Shown here: positions 17,098 through 28,207 of the stretch, piece by piece
Layout: each line of letters starts with the position of its first letter
Numbering within the stretch: position 1 is the stretch's first letter
NCBI GenBank assembly: GCA_963836935.1
Contig: CAWILM010000033.1
Span: forward strand, 13,374 to 77,373
Direction: 5' to 3'
Source of the DNA: an uncultured Acidimicrobiaceae bacterium
GTDB lineage: Bacteria; Actinomycetota; Acidimicrobiia; Acidimicrobiales; Bog-793
DNA length: 64,000 nt
Notes under the pieces: generated by a model
What the model was told of the DNA's origin: nothing
Seen by the model: only the letters and a program-made list of their open reading frames with translations
Database searches by the model: none
Position numbers and translations under genes: made by a program

Positions 17098-18899
17098 TGA
17101 CCGATACGGAGCGTCACGACTTCGACGTCGTCGTCATAGGTGCCGGCGGAGCGGGGCTGCGGGCCGCCATCGAGGCGCGCGAGATGGGCGCCCGCACGGC
17201 GCTCGTGTGCAAGTCCCTCCTCGGAAAGGCGCACACGGTTATGGCCGAGGGCGGCATCGCCGCGGCCCTCGCCAGCGTGTGGCCGGAGGACAACTGGGAG
17301 GTCCATTTCCGCGACACCATGCGCGGCGGCAAGATGCTCAACAACTGGCGCATGGCTCAGATCCACGCCCTCGAGTCCCCCGACCGCGTCCTCGAGCTCG
17401 AGGAGTGGGGCGCGCTGTTCGACCGCACGGCCGACGGCCGGATCCTGCAACGGGACTTCGGGGGCCACCGCTACGCGCGCCTCGCCCATGTCGGTGATCG
17501 CACCGGTCTCGAGATGATCAGGGCGCTGCAGCACCGCGCCGTGTCGATCGGGATCGACGTCTTCATGGAGTGCAAGATCGTCCGGCTCTTAAAGGACGCC
17601 GCCGGGGCCGTGAACGGGGCGGTGGGCTTCTGGCGGGAATCGGGCCGTTTTGTGACCTTCGGCGCCAAGGCGATCGTCATCGCGACGGGCGGGCTCGGCA
17701 AGGCGTGGAAGTTCACGTCGAACTCGTGGGAGTGCACCGGTGACGGGATGGCGCTCGCGCTGTGGGCCGGGGCCGATCTGATCGACATGGAAGCGATTCA
17801 ATTCCACCCGACGGGGATGGTCTGGCCGCCTTCGGCGCGCGGCTTGTTGGTGACCGAGGGAGTGCGAGGCGACGGCGGGGTCCTGAAGAACCGGGATGGC
17901 GAGCGCTTCATGTTCAACTACATCTCACCCTTCTTCACCGCCGAGACCGCCGATACGGTCGAGGAGGCGGATCAGTGGTACAAGAACAAGAAGGACTTCC
18001 GCCGTCCGCCCGACCTTCTCCCACGTGACGAGGTCGCCCGGGCGATCAACGTGGAGGTGAAAGCAGGACGGGGGAGCCCGCACGGCGGCGTCTTCTTGGA
18101 CATCGCGAGCCGCCGGACACCAGAGGAGATTCGCCGCCTGCTCCCCTCCATGTACCACCAGTTCAAGGAGCTGGCCGACATCGACATCACGACGACGCCG
18201 ATGGAGGTCGGCCCGACTTGCCACTACGCCATGGGAGGCATCCGCGTCGAGGCTGACACGGCGGCCACAACGGTGACGGACCTTTACGCCGCCGGCGAGG
18301 CCGCCGGGGGCATGCACGGGTCGAACAGGCTCGGGGGCAACTCACTGTCGGACCTGGTGGTGTTCGGCCGCCGGGCAGGTCTGGCGGCAGCCGAGCGCGC
18401 TCTCGGCATCCCGGGGATCCCGGAGGTGTCCGAGACTCAAGTCGCCGAGGTGACAGAACATGCGATGTCCTACTTCGCCAACGAGAGCCATGAGGACGCC
18501 TATGCCGTGCACCGTGACCTGCAAGAGACGATGCAGGCACTCGTGGGCATAATCCGCATCGAGAGCGAGCTGCTCGAGGCAAGAGAGAAGCTCGCCGAGC
18601 TCGCCGAACGCGCCTCGCACTGCGCCGTCGAGGGAAACCTCCAGTTCAATCCGGGGTGGCACCTCGCCCTGGACCTCGAGTCGATGCTGGCCGTCTCGAC
18701 CTGCACGACCTTGAGCGCCATCGCACGCCGTGAGAGCCGAGGAGGCCACACGCGTGAGGACTACCCGGGCTTCAGGCCGGAGTTCGAGAACGTCAACATG
18801 GTCACCCGCCTCGTCGACGGCGAATACGTGCTAACGGAGGAACCCAAGCCGCAAATGCCCGACGAGCTTGCGAAACTCTTCGAGGAAGGGGCGCACTGA
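17097..18899 (+). CDS. sdhA: Succinate dehydrogenase/fumarate reductase flavoprotein subunit
   Basis: GAGGAG, KAHTVMAEGG, QFHPTG, TEGVRGDGG, HYAMGG, HGSNRLGGNSL, ESRGGH. Confidence 0.97.
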   Translation: MTDTERHDFDVVVIGAGGAGLRAAIEAREMGARTALVCKSLLGKAHTVMAEGGIAAALASVWPEDNWEVHFRDTMRGGKMLNNWRMAQIHALESPDRVLELEEWGALFDRTADGRILQRDFGGHRYARLAHVGDRTGLEMIRALQHRAVSIGIDVFMECKIVRLLKDAAGAVNGAVGFWRESGRFVTFGAKAIVIATGGLGKAWKFTSNSWECTGDGMALALWAGADLIDMEAIQFHPTGMVWPPSARGLLVTEGVRGDGGVLKNRDGERFMFNYISPFFTAETADTVEEADQWYKNKKDFRRPPDLLPRDEVARAINVEVKAGRGSPHGGVFLDIASRRTPEEIRRLLPSMYHQFKELADIDITTTPMEVGPTCHYAMGGIRVEADTAATTVTDLYAAGEAAGGMHGSNRLGGNSLSDLVVFGRRAGLAAAERALGIPGIPEVSETQVAEVTEHAMSYFANESHEDAYAVHRDLQETMQALVGIIRIESELLEAREKLAELAERASHCAVEGNLQFNPGWHLALDLESMLAVSTCTTLSAIARRESRGGHTREDYPGFRPEFENVNMVTRLVDGEYVLTEEPKPQMPDELAKLFEEGAH

Positions 18900-19798
18900 T
18901 GGCGATCGACACCGCCCCGGCCCCGTCTGCCGCTCCCCAACCCTCCCCGGAACCGCCGCCGAAGGACCTCGTCATGCGCCTGTGGCGTGGGGACGCGAAC
19001 GGGGGCCGGTTCCAGGACTACCACGTCACGCCGCAGGAAGGCGAGGTCGTGCTCGACGTCGTCCACCGTATCCAGGCGTCCCAGGCGCCGGACCTGGCCG
19101 TCCGCTGGAACTGCAAAGCGGGCAAGTGCGGCTCCTGCAGCGCCGAGATCAACGGCCGGCCCAGGTTGATGTGCATGACCCGGATGAGCACGCTGCCCAC
19201 CGACGAGCCGATCACGATCTCGCCGATGCGCGCCTTCCCGATCATGCGCGACCTCGTGACCGACGTCTCTTACAACTTCGAGGTCGCGAAGCTCATCCCC
19301 GCCTTCAAGCCCGGCCCGAGGGATCCCGACGGCCTTTACCGGATGGCCCAGGTGGACATCGACCGCGGCCAGGAATTCCACAAGTGCATCGAGTGCTTCC
19401 TCTGTCAGAACGTGTGCCACGTGATCAGGGACCACGAGGAGAACAAGCCCCGTTACGCGGGCCCTCGGTTCTTCGTGCGCCTTGCCGAGCTCGAGATGCA
19501 TCCCCTCGACACCTTGGACCGGCGCGACTACATCCACCGTGATATGGGAATCGGTCTTTGCAACATCACCAAGTGCTGCACCGAGGTGTGCCCGGAGGAC
19601 ATCCACATAACCGACAACGCGATCATCGCCCTCAAAGAGCGCATCGTCGACTCGCGCTACGACCCCGTCGCGTGGCTCGGGCGCAAGATCACCGGACGCC
19701 CGGCTCCCCTTCCCGCCTCGCAGGCCCGCAAGTACACAGGCGCCGCGCACCAACAGCCTGCGGCGCCGGCTTCGCCCAAGCCCGGTGACGGTGCCTGA
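18899..19798 (+). CDS. sdhB: Succinate dehydrogenase iron-sulfur subunit
   Basis: NCKAGKCGSC, CIECFLCQNVC, CNITKCCTEVCP. Confidence 0.97.
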   Translation: MAIDTAPAPSAAPQPSPEPPPKDLVMRLWRGDANGGRFQDYHVTPQEGEVVLDVVHRIQASQAPDLAVRWNCKAGKCGSCSAEINGRPRLMCMTRMSTLPTDEPITISPMRAFPIMRDLVTDVSYNFEVAKLIPAFKPGPRDPDGLYRMAQVDIDRGQEFHKCIECFLCQNVCHVIRDHEENKPRYAGPRFFVRLAELEMHPLDTLDRRDYIHRDMGIGLCNITKCCTEVCPEDIHITDNAIIALKERIVDSRYDPVAWLGRKITGRPAPLPASQARKYTGAAHQQPAAPASPKPGDGA

Positions 19799-20219
19799 GT
19801 TCTTGAGCGAGGGGTGGTTCGAGGCGTTCGCCGCGGCTTTGAGGAGCCTGCCGGTCACGGGCGGCGCGGCGGATGCGCCGCCCGGCGGGCTCCGCCTCGG
19901 TCAGATCATCACCGCCGTGCCCGACGCGGCGAGCGCCGCGGGCGTGCGCAACGGTGAGGTGCGCTACACGATCGTGTTGGGTCGGGACGGCTCGGGGTCG
20001 CTTGTGCCGGATTCGACCGAAACGGCGGATGTGACACTCGTCGAGGACTTCTCCACTGCGAAAGCGATCGCCTCGGAGAGCGCGTCGCTGCCGGACCTGC
20101 TGGCGGCCGGGAAGATCAAGCTGAGAGGCGACGGGCGGGCTCTCGTTGCCGCGGGGGACCTTCTCGCGCGGCTCGCGCCCCTCGTCACCGCGGCACTCGG
20201 GGGCGGGCAAGCTTCCTAG
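19785..20219 (+). CDS. SCP2 sterol/lipid-binding-like domain protein
   Basis: FLSEGW...ADVTL...TAKAI...LAAGKIKLRGD. Overlaps the sdhB stop. Confidence 0.7.
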   Translation: MTVPEFLSEGWFEAFAAALRSLPVTGGAADAPPGGLRLGQIITAVPDAASAAGVRNGEVRYTIVLGRDGSGSLVPDSTETADVTLVEDFSTAKAIASESASLPDLLAAGKIKLRGDGRALVAAGDLLARLAPLVTAALGGGQAS

Positions 20220-20236
20220 TCTCGGGCGAAGGAGGC

Positions 20237-22348
20237 ATGATGGTCGATCGCCCTTACCCGAAAGCCCGCAGGAGCGACCAGGCCGACGTCTATCACGGGG
20301 AACTGGTCCCAGATCCCTACCGGTGGCTCGAGCAGAGCGACGACCCCGAGACGCTCACCTGGATAAGAGCGGAGAACGAGCTGACAGAGGCCTTCCTCGC
20401 GGCTGTGCCCAACCGCGACGAGATCCGTTCCCGACTGACGGAGCTGTCGAACTACCCCAGCTTCGGTGTTCCCTTTCGACGGGGCGGGCTCTGGTTCCAG
20501 ACCCGCAACAGCGGGCTCCAGGACCAGCCGGTGCTGTGGGTGATGGACGACCCGGGCTCGCAAGGTCGGGTCCTGCTCGACCCCAACTTGTTGTCCGAGG
20601 ACGGCACCGTGGCTGTGACCGGCCTCGCGGTCACCGAGGACGGCGCGAAGCTCGCCTATGCCACGAGCGCGGCGGGATCGGACTGGAGGACCTGGCGGGT
20701 CCGGGAGGTGGTGACAGGAGAGGACCTCGACGACATCGTTGAATGGTCCAAGTTCGGATCTCTCGCCTGGCGAAAAGACGGCACAGGCTTCTACTACGTC
20801 GCCATGGAGCAGCCGCGCCAAGGTGCCGAGTACGTCCAGGAGAGCCGCTTGCCACGTGTCTTGTTTCACCGCCTGCACACAGGCCAAGGCGACGACGAGC
20901 TCGTCTTCGCGGCTCCCGAGGAGCCGGACTGGCTGCCGGATGCGACGGTGAGCGACGACGGGCGTTTCGTGATCGTCTCGATCACGCAGGGGACGTTCCC
21001 CGAGACTCAGGTCGGCGTCCTCGACCTCGAGGACCCCGAAGGTGGCTACCGGGACCTCATCGCGGGTTTCGTCTCGAAAGCGTGCGTGCTCACCAATCTG
21101 GGCAATGTCTTCTACGTCCTGACCGACTGGGCGGCTCCGCGACAAAGGATTGTCGCGATCGACCTCGACCACCCGGCCCGGGAAACGTGGCGCGAGGTCG
21201 TCGGCGAGACAGAGGACCGCCTCCGCGACGCGTACTTCTACGGCGGGCGGCTCGTCTGCCACTACCTGCACGACGCCAGCTCGCGGCTGCGCGTCCACGA
21301 GCTCGACGGTTCATTTGTCCGCGACATCCGACTGCCCGCACTGTCGGCGGTAATCGGCAGCCCCCGCGACCACGAGGGGATCGAGGGCCGGCCCGACGCG
21401 AACCTCGTCCATTTCGAGCTCGAGTCCTGCACGCAGTCCTCCGCGATCTTCGCGCACGATCTCTCGAGCGGTGAGACGAGGGTGCTGCAGCCCTCCGGCG
21501 CACCGATCGAGTCCGGCCTGCTTGTCACAGAGCAGCTCTTCGCGACCTCCGGCGACGGCACGAAGATCCCGCTTTTCCTCGCCAGGCGACGCGAGGTGTG
21601 CCCGAACGGGGACGTGCCCGTTCTCCTTTACGGATACGGGGGCTTCGGCATCCCGGTGACGCCGCGATTCTCCGCTCTGGGCGCGCTCTTCATGGAGCAG
21701 GGTGGGCTCTTCGCGCTCGCCAACCTCCGCGGAGGCGGCGAGTACGGCAAGGCCTGGCACGATGCCGGCCGTCTCGCCAACAAGCAGAACGCCTTCGACG
21801 ACTTCTCCGCGTCCGCGCGCTGGCTCGTCGACTCGGGCTGGTCGCGGGCGGACCGGATCGCGATCATCGGCGGATCGAACGGCGGTCTCTTGGTCGCGGC
21901 GTGCTTGACCCAGCACCCGGGACTGTTCGGGGCGGCCGTGGCGAGCGTCGGCGTGCTCGACATGCTCCGCTTCCCCAAGTTCACCATCGGTTGGGCGTGG
22001 ACGAGCGACTTCGGCGACCCGGACGATCCCGAGCAGTACCGGTGGCTCCGCGCCTACTCGCCGCTGCACAACCTGCGCCAGGACGGGCGCTACCCGGCGA
22101 CGTTGCTCCTGACGGGCGACCACGACGACAGAGTCGTCCCGGGCCACTCGTTCAAGTTCGCCGCCGCCCTCCAGCAAGCCCAGGCGGCCGACCGGCCGGT
22201 CTTCCTCCGCGTCGAGACCGCCGCCGGCCACGGAGCGGGCAAGCCGACCGCCAAGCGCATCGCGGAGGGCAGCGATGTGCTGGCCTTCTTGGAGGCCGTC
22301 CTCTCCCTCGATGCCTCGGGCCCGCAACCCGTCCGAGCACGGAGGTGA
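20237..22348 (+). CDS. Prolyl oligopeptidase (S9A)
   Basis: [42 protein letters not shown]. Confidence 0.96.
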   Translation: MMVDRPYPKARRSDQADVYHGELVPDPYRWLEQSDDPETLTWIRAENELTEAFLAAVPNRDEIRSRLTELSNYPSFGVPFRRGGLWFQTRNSGLQDQPVLWVMDDPGSQGRVLLDPNLLSEDGTVAVTGLAVTEDGAKLAYATSAAGSDWRTWRVREVVTGEDLDDIVEWSKFGSLAWRKDGTGFYYVAMEQPRQGAEYVQESRLPRVLFHRLHTGQGDDELVFAAPEEPDWLPDATVSDDGRFVIVSITQGTFPETQVGVLDLEDPEGGYRDLIAGFVSKACVLTNLGNVFYVLTDWAAPRQRIVAIDLDHPARETWREVVGETEDRLRDAYFYGGRLVCHYLHDASSRLRVHELDGSFVRDIRLPALSAVIGSPRDHEGIEGRPDANLVHFELESCTQSSAIFAHDLSSGETRVLQPSGAPIESGLLVTEQLFATSGDGTKIPLFLARRREVCPNGDVPVLLYGYGGFGIPVTPRFSALGALFMEQGGLFALANLRGGGEYGKAWHDAGRLANKQNAFDDFSASARWLVDSGWSRADRIAIIGGSNGGLLVAACLTQHPGLFGAAVASVGVLDMLRFPKFTIGWAWTSDFGDPDDPEQYRWLRAYSPLHNLRQDGRYPATLLLTGDHDDRVVPGHSFKFAAALQQAQAADRPVFLRVETAAGHGAGKPTAKRIAEGSDVLAFLEAVLSLDASGPQPVRARR

Positions 22349-22486
22349 CTGACGGAGCCGACCCCGGGTCCGCGCTGTGTCCGCGACGCGGACCCCTGGT
22401 CACGTAATCGTCATCGGAGTGCATTCTGTCGCACAAACCCACGGGGGTACGCTGTCGCAACGGCATACGGAAAGGGGACCGGGAAC

Positions 22487-22693
22487 ATGACCTTGACGGG
22501 CGTGGTCGACGATCACATGCTGAGCCAGTACCGCGTGTTGCTCGACCGTGAAGACGCAGCCTTCGACGAACTCGAGCATGCTTTCGAGGACGGAGACAGT
22601 GACCACTTCGAGGCTGACTACAAGGACTGGATCCAGGCAATGAGCCGTCGGCTCGCCTATCTGAGGCGCCTCGGCATCGAGGTCAACGTCTGA
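22487..22693 (+). CDS. Small acidic helical hypothetical protein (68 aa)
   Basis: GAAAGGGGA RBS upstream and natural-looking amino-acid composition. Confidence 0.65.
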   Translation: MTLTGVVDDHMLSQYRVLLDREDAAFDELEHAFEDGDSDHFEADYKDWIQAMSRRLAYLRRLGIEVNV

Positions 22694-22718
22694 TCTGCTT
22701 CCCTTCCGGCGCCCGCTC

Positions 22719-23150
22719 GTGAGCCGCCCGAGCTACGCGCCGGATGATTTCGGGATCCCGCTCGCTTCTTGGGGCGTCCGCGCCGTGGGGGCCCTCGCCG
22801 ACGCCGTTTTCATCGGGGTCGCCACCTACCTCCTCCATCTGGTCGCCCACGTCCGCACCCGCACCGGTTACCTCTACTTGGACCTCGCCGTGAGCTTTGC
22901 CTATTCGTTCGCCCTCGTCGGGTTCTTCGGCCACACCCTCGGCATGGCGCTGCTGCGCCTCGACGCCGTCGACGCCGTCGCGGGGCGCACCCCGATCGGT
23001 CCCGCCCGGGCGGCGGTCCGATCGCTCGCCGCCGGAGTGCTGACCGTCATCCCGTTCGCTGCCTTCCTCGACCTGCTCTGGCCGCTGTGGGACAACCGCA
23101 ACCAGACGCTCCACGACAAGGCCGCCGGGACCGTGGTGCTGCGCCACTAG
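22719..23150 (+). CDS. RDD family membrane protein
   Basis: ASWGVRAVGALAD, GHTLG, LWPLWD..NQTLHDKAAGT. Confidence 0.9.
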   Translation: MSRPSYAPDDFGIPLASWGVRAVGALADAVFIGVATYLLHLVAHVRTRTGYLYLDLAVSFAYSFALVGFFGHTLGMALLRLDAVDAVAGRTPIGPARAAVRSLAAGVLTVIPFAAFLDLLWPLWDNRNQTLHDKAAGTVVLRH

Positions 23151-23159
23151 GCGCTCGCT

Positions 23160-24188
23160 TCAGCCTTTGAGCAACGCTTCCACTTCGGCCCGCTCCTCGA
23201 GCAGCTCTTTGGCCGTCGCCCGGATCTGCTGAGTCGCGAAATCCGAGTGCGGCTGGTCGGGGACGACCTCCCAATTCTTCCCGTCCGAACGCACCGGGTA
23301 CCCGAATTGCAACCCCTCGGGCACGCCGTACTCGCCCCGCGATACCACCGCCAGCGACACGGCCTCGCCGGGCGGCGTCGGACGCACGATGCTCGCCACC
23401 GAGTCGACTATGGCATGCGAGGCGCTGGCAGCCGACGACATGCCCCGTGCCTCCAAGATGGCCGCGCCGCGCCCCTTCACCGTCTTCAGGAACTCGCCCT
23501 GCAGCCAGTCGATGTCGCCGATCACGTCGATCACGGGCCGGCCGAGGATGCGGGCGTTCTCGTAATCGGGGAATTGCGTCAAGGAGTGGTTCCCGTACAC
23601 GACCATGTTCGTCACCTGCCGGTTGAACACCTGGGCGCGTCGTGCGAGCAGGCTCTGGGCCCGGTTCTGGTCGAGGCGCATCATGGCGAACCAGCGTTCC
23701 GCCGGCACCTCGGGGGCATTCGAGCGGGCGATGAGGCAGTTGGTGTTGCACGGGTTGCCGACCACGAGCACCCGCACGTCCGAGGCCGCGTAGTCGGCGA
23801 TGGCGCGTCCCTGGGTCTTGAAGGTACCGGCGTTCACCCCCAACAGGTCCTTGCGCTCCATGCCGGGCTTGCGGGGAACCGAGCCGACCAGGAGCGCGAA
23901 CGAGGTCCTGCGAAAAGCGATCGCAAGGTTGCTCGTCGCCTCGATGTCGACCAGAAGAGGGAACGCACAGTCCTCGAGCTCCAGCACCACGCCCTCGAGC
24001 GCTTTCATGGCGGGCTCGATCTCCAAGAGGCGAAGCGCCACGGGCTGGCCCGGCCCGAACATCTCACCCGAAGCGATGCGGAACAGCAGCGCGTAGCCGA
24101 CCTGGCCCGCGGCACCGGTGACGGTGACGTTGACGGGCCAGTGCATCCTGGCGTCAATGGCTGTTGCCGTGGCAGGGGTGTCGGTCAC
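23160..24188 (-). CDS. mdh: Malate dehydrogenase
   Basis: [40 protein letters not shown]. Confidence 0.96.
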   Translation of the reverse strand: MTDTPATATAIDARMHWPVNVTVTGAAGQVGYALLFRIASGEMFGPGQPVALRLLEIEPAMKALEGVVLELEDCAFPLLVDIEATSNLAIAFRRTSFALLVGSVPRKPGMERKDLLGVNAGTFKTQGRAIADYAASDVRVLVVGNPCNTNCLIARSNAPEVPAERWFAMMRLDQNRAQSLLARRAQVFNRQVTNMVVYGNHSLTQFPDYENARILGRPVIDVIGDIDWLQGEFLKTVKGRGAAILEARGMSSAASASHAIVDSVASIVRPTPPGEAVSLAVVSRGEYGVPEGLQFGYPVRSDGKNWEVVPDQPHSDFATQQIRATAKELLEERAEVEALLKG

Positions 24189-24274
24189 GGCGTAGCAGAC
24201 TAATCGAGCGCAAGGACGTCCCGTCACCGGGCCTCCCAGCGCCGGCCGCGCCAGGGCGCGGCTGGTCCGCCCGT

Positions 24275-25471
24275 TCAGAGTCGCTCGATGATGGCCTCTG
24301 CGAACTGGCTGCAGCGGACCTCGTGCGCGCCTTGCATCAACCGGGCGAAGTCGTAGGTCACAATCTTGTCGGCGATTGTCCGCTCAAGCGCCGCGATGAT
24401 GTCATCGGCGGCCTCCTGCCATCCGAAGTGCTCGAACATGAGCGCGCCGGAGAGGAGCAACGAGCCCGGATTGACCTTGTCCTGACCTGCGTACTTCGGC
24501 GCCGTGCCGTGCGTCGCCTCGAAGACGCCGTGCCCGGTCACGTAGTTGATGTTGCCCCCGGGAGCGATCCCTATCCCCCCGACCTGGGCTGCCAGCGCGT
24601 CGGACAGGTAGTCGCCGTTCAGGTTCGTCGCCGCGATCACGTCGAACTCGTCGGGGCGGGTCAGGACCTGCTGGAAGGTGATGTCCGCTATCGCGTCCTT
24701 CACAAGGATCTTGTCGCCGGGCTGGCCACCGCAGTCCTCCCAGGCGACCACCACGTCGGAGAACTCGTCGCGGGCGACCTCGTAACCCCAGTTGCGGAAC
24801 GCCCCCTCGGTGAACTTCTGGATGTTCCCCTTGTGCATGAACGTGACGCTGCGGCGATGGCGTCGCACGGCGTACTGCAGGGCCGCGCGCACGAGGCGCT
24901 TCGAGCCGGTCTCCGAAATCGGCTTCAGGCCGATCCCGGAATCGGCCCGCACCGTCCACCCGAACTCCTCTTGCACAAAGGCGATCAGCTTGCGGGCCTC
25001 GGGCGTGCCTTCCTTGAGCTCGAGGCCGGCGTACACGTCCTCGGTGTTCTCCCGGAAGATCACCATGTCGACCTTCTCGGGGTGCAGGACCGGCGAGGGC
25101 ACTCCGGCGAACCAGCGCACCGGCCGCAGGCAGACGTACAGGTCGAGCAGCTGGCGCAGCGCCACGTTGAGCGAGCGGAAACCGCCGCCCACGGGTGTCG
25201 TGAGCGGTCCCTTGATGCCGATCAGGTGGTCCCGGAACGCCTCGACCGTCTCTTCGGGAAGCCACTCGCCGGTCGCCTTGAAGGCCTTCTCGCCGGCGAG
25301 CACCTCCTTCCAGGAGATGTGCTTGCCGTGTTTGGCCGCGGCGGCATCGAGGACGTGCTCCGCGGCGGGCCAGATGTCGACGCCGATCCCATCCCCCTCG
25401 ATGTAGGGGACGATGGGCTCATCCGGTACCAAGAGCGCGCCTGCCGGCGACATCGTGATCTTCGTTGGCAT
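24275..25471 (-). CDS. icd: NADP-dependent isocitrate dehydrogenase (dimeric)
   Basis: [49 protein letters not shown]. Confidence 0.97.
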   Translation of the reverse strand: MPTKITMSPAGALLVPDEPIVPYIEGDGIGVDIWPAAEHVLDAAAAKHGKHISWKEVLAGEKAFKATGEWLPEETVEAFRDHLIGIKGPLTTPVGGGFRSLNVALRQLLDLYVCLRPVRWFAGVPSPVLHPEKVDMVIFRENTEDVYAGLELKEGTPEARKLIAFVQEEFGWTVRADSGIGLKPISETGSKRLVRAALQYAVRRHRRSVTFMHKGNIQKFTEGAFRNWGYEVARDEFSDVVVAWEDCGGQPGDKILVKDAIADITFQQVLTRPDEFDVIAATNLNGDYLSDALAAQVGGIGIAPGGNINYVTGHGVFEATHGTAPKYAGQDKVNPGSLLLSGALMFEHFGWQEAADDIIAALERTIADKIVTYDFARLMQGAHEVRCSQFAEAIIERL

Positions 25472-25582
25472 GTCGGCGAGCCTACTTAGGACGGCACGCG
25501 TCGGCACAGGGCTGAGCCGTAAAGCCGCGCGGCGCCGAAGGCGGTGCCTTTTGGATCAAGTCCCCGACAGACGCGGCTGGTG

Positions 25583-26455
25583 CTAGCCCCCGCCGCGCGC
25601 AGCCGCCCGCCGTTCGGCCGCGAGCACGGCGTTGCGCAGCAGCATCGCCCTCGTCATCGGCCCGACCCCACCGATCCGCGGCGTTATCCAGCCTGCGACC
25701 TCAGCGACCGACTCCTCGACGTCCGAGAGCAAGCGCTTTCCCTCGCGTGAGACCCCGGCGCCGACAACTGCTGCGCCGGGCTTCACCATGTCGCGGGTGA
25801 CGAGGTTCGCCCAGCCCGCCGCCGCGACGACGATGTCGCCCTGGCGCACGTAGTCGCCCAGGTCGGCCACTCCCGTGTGGACGACCGTCACGGCCGCGTT
25901 CAGCCCCGGGCGCTTCAACGCCAGCAACAGTGCGAGGGGCCGGCCGATCGTGAGCCCGCGGCCCACTATGACGACGTGCTTGCCGCTGACGGGCACGTCG
26001 TAGGCGTGCAGCAGCTCGACGATGCCCGCAGGAGTGCAAGGGAGCGGCCCGGGCGCGCCCATCACGAGACGACCCAGGTTCACAGGGTGCAGCCCGTCGA
26101 CGTCCTTGTCCGGATTCACCGCCAAGAGGGCCCGCTCTTCGTTCAAGTGCTTCGGCAAGGGGAGCTGGATGAGCAGCGCGTCGACTTCCGGATTGGCACT
26201 GACCGATCGCACGACCGACTCGAGCCGCGCCTGGGTGACGTTCTCCGGGAGTTCCTCGTGCACGGACTCGACGCCGATCTCGGCGCAGTCCTGGTGCTTC
26301 ATCGCCACATAGCGGGCACTCGGTCCGTCGTCGCCGACGAGGATCGTCCCGAGACCAGGGGCGACACCAGCCGCCTTCAGCTCGGCGACCCGCTTCGAAA
26401 GCTCGCCCCGTTCACGGGCGGCGAGCGCTTCCCCGTCCAGCAGGATGGCGGCCAT
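25583..26455 (-). CDS. folD: Methylenetetrahydrofolate dehydrogenase/cyclohydrolase
   Basis: QLPLP, PDKDVDG, PCTPAG, GGVGPMT. Confidence 0.96.
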   Translation of the reverse strand: MAAILLDGEALAARERGELSKRVAELKAAGVAPGLGTILVGDDGPSARYVAMKHQDCAEIGVESVHEELPENVTQARLESVVRSVSANPEVDALLIQLPLPKHLNEERALLAVNPDKDVDGLHPVNLGRLVMGAPGPLPCTPAGIVELLHAYDVPVSGKHVVIVGRGLTIGRPLALLLALKRPGLNAAVTVVHTGVADLGDYVRQGDIVVAAAGWANLVTRDMVKPGAAVVGAGVSREGKRLLSDVEESVAEVAGWITPRIGGVGPMTRAMLLRNAVLAAERRAAARGGG

Positions 26456-27999
26456 CAGTGGCGGAAGTGGCGCTCGGAAGTGAGCACCATCGAGATCCCC
26501 ACCGCGTCGGCGGCGGCGATCACCTCGTCATCGCGAACTGACCCGCCCGGCTGTACGACGGCGGTGACGCCGGCATCGATCATCGCGTCCAACCCGTCTC
26601 GAAACGGGAAGAAGGCGTCACTTGCCCCTGCTGCTCCCTGCGCTCGTCCGCCAGCCTTGCGGGCGGCGATCCCGGCCGCGTCCACGCGGTTCTGTTGCCC
26701 GCACCCGATACCGACTACCTGCCCACCGGAGGCCAGAACAATGGCGTTGGACGATGTCAGGCTGCAAACCCTCCACGCCAGCTCGAGATCGCGCCATTGT
26801 TGACGGCTCGGTGTGAGCCTTGTCGCCACGCGCCAGGTGTCGGGTGCCGATCGGATCCTGTCGTGCTCCTGGACGAGAAAGCCTCCGTCGATCTGGCGCA
26901 GGCCGGGCTCCATGGGCGACGGCGCAGGCGCGGCGATCACCCGCATGTTCTTGCGCTTGCCCGCAAAACAGGAAAGGGCGTCGTCGTCGAACCCGGGTGC
27001 TATGAGCAGGTCCGCCATCGGGCCCGCGACGATCTTCTCCGCGAGCGCAGCCTCGACACGACCGCTCAGGGCCACAATGCCGCCGAAAGCCGAGACGGGG
27101 TCGGCGTCGAGGGCCCGCCCATAGGCGGTGCCGAGGTCTTCGTCGATGGCGACCCCGCAAGGGTTGGTGTGCTTGACGATCGCCGCCGCGCAAAGGTCCG
27201 CCCCGAAGCTGAGGCCGCCGGAGCCGACGAGCTCGTGCACCAGCCGCCACGCCGCCTCGGCGTCGAGCAGGTTCAGGTAGGAAAGCTCCTTCCCGCCGTG
27301 CTGGACCGCTTCCTCCCACCAGCCGGGGGGATTGCCGCGCACCCTGTAGACCGAGGCCTGCTGGTGCGGGTTCTCCCCGTAGCGGAGTGACTTGACCCGC
27401 TCGAGGACGACGGAGAAGGTCTCGGGCAGCGCACCGTTGCCGGCCTCGGGCCCGGTCTCGTCCAGCCAGCGAACGATGGCGGCGTCGTAGGCGGCCGTGT
27501 CCGCGAAGGCGGCGCGTGCCAGCCGGCGGCGCGTGGCGTCGCTCACGACCCCGGTGGCGCGGAGCTCCTCCAGGATGGCCCCGTACTGCCCGGGATCGAC
27601 GACCACCGTGACGTAAGCGCAGTTCTTCGCCGCGGCCCGGATCATCGTCGGGCCTCCGACGTCCATCATCTCGACCGACGGCTGTGCCTCGAACGGGTAC
27701 AGATTGCAGACGACGAGGTCGATCGGTGCGATGTGCTGGGACGCCAGGTCCTCGAGGTGGGACGGGACGGACCGGTCGGCCAGGATGCCCGCGTGGATTG
27801 CAGGGTGCAAGGTCTTCACGCGCCCTCCCAGCATCTCGGGCACACCCGTGAGCTCGGCGACTTCACGGTGGTCGATCCCTGCCGCTTCCAGGAGCTTTGC
27901 GGTGCCGCCGCTCGCCACGAGCTCGACGCCGAGGCCGTCCAGGCCGCGGGCGAACTCGTCCAGGCCGGTCTTGTCGTAAACAGAGAGAAGCGCACGCAC
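26455..27999 (-). CDS. purH: Bifunctional AICAR formyltransferase/IMP cyclohydrolase
   Basis: RALLSVYDKTG, GGRVKTLHP, LRYGENPHQ, KHTNPCG, ASDAFFPF, RHFRH. Confidence 0.97.
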   Translation of the reverse strand: MRALLSVYDKTGLDEFARGLDGLGVELVASGGTAKLLEAAGIDHREVAELTGVPEMLGGRVKTLHPAIHAGILADRSVPSHLEDLASQHIAPIDLVVCNLYPFEAQPSVEMMDVGGPTMIRAAAKNCAYVTVVVDPGQYGAILEELRATGVVSDATRRRLARAAFADTAAYDAAIVRWLDETGPEAGNGALPETFSVVLERVKSLRYGENPHQQASVYRVRGNPPGWWEEAVQHGGKELSYLNLLDAEAAWRLVHELVGSGGLSFGADLCAAAIVKHTNPCGVAIDEDLGTAYGRALDADPVSAFGGIVALSGRVEAALAEKIVAGPMADLLIAPGFDDDALSCFAGKRKNMRVIAAPAPSPMEPGLRQIDGGFLVQEHDRIRSAPDTWRVATRLTPSRQQWRDLELAWRVCSLTSSNAIVLASGGQVVGIGCGQQNRVDAAGIAARKAGGRAQGAAGASDAFFPFRDGLDAMIDAGVTAVVQPGGSVRDDEVIAAADAVGISMVLTSERHFRH

Positions 28000-28207
28000 C
28001 AGCGGCGACCCTATCAGGACAGCGCCTGGAGCCTGAGCTGCACTTTCAGTCCGCAATCGGCCCTTCGCCCCGGTGCGGCAAACCGCGCGATTCGTCCCCG
28101 AATGCTGCCAAACCCTGGTGGCGGGTATCCTTCTGTGACGCAAGCCCCCCGTTGCAATGTTTCACTCGCTACGCTCAGTTGAACTGTTCAGGACAAAGAG
28201 GAGTGCT

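Noticed and set aside
28000-28160. ZMP/ZTP riboswitch upstream of purH
   Set aside because: Expected at this position, but the consensus elements (GACUGGCG...GUGG...CCAC.GGGAGC...CGCCUGGG) are not found on the minus strand. purH instead shows TAGGGT 8 nt before its GTG, consistent with a leaderless start.
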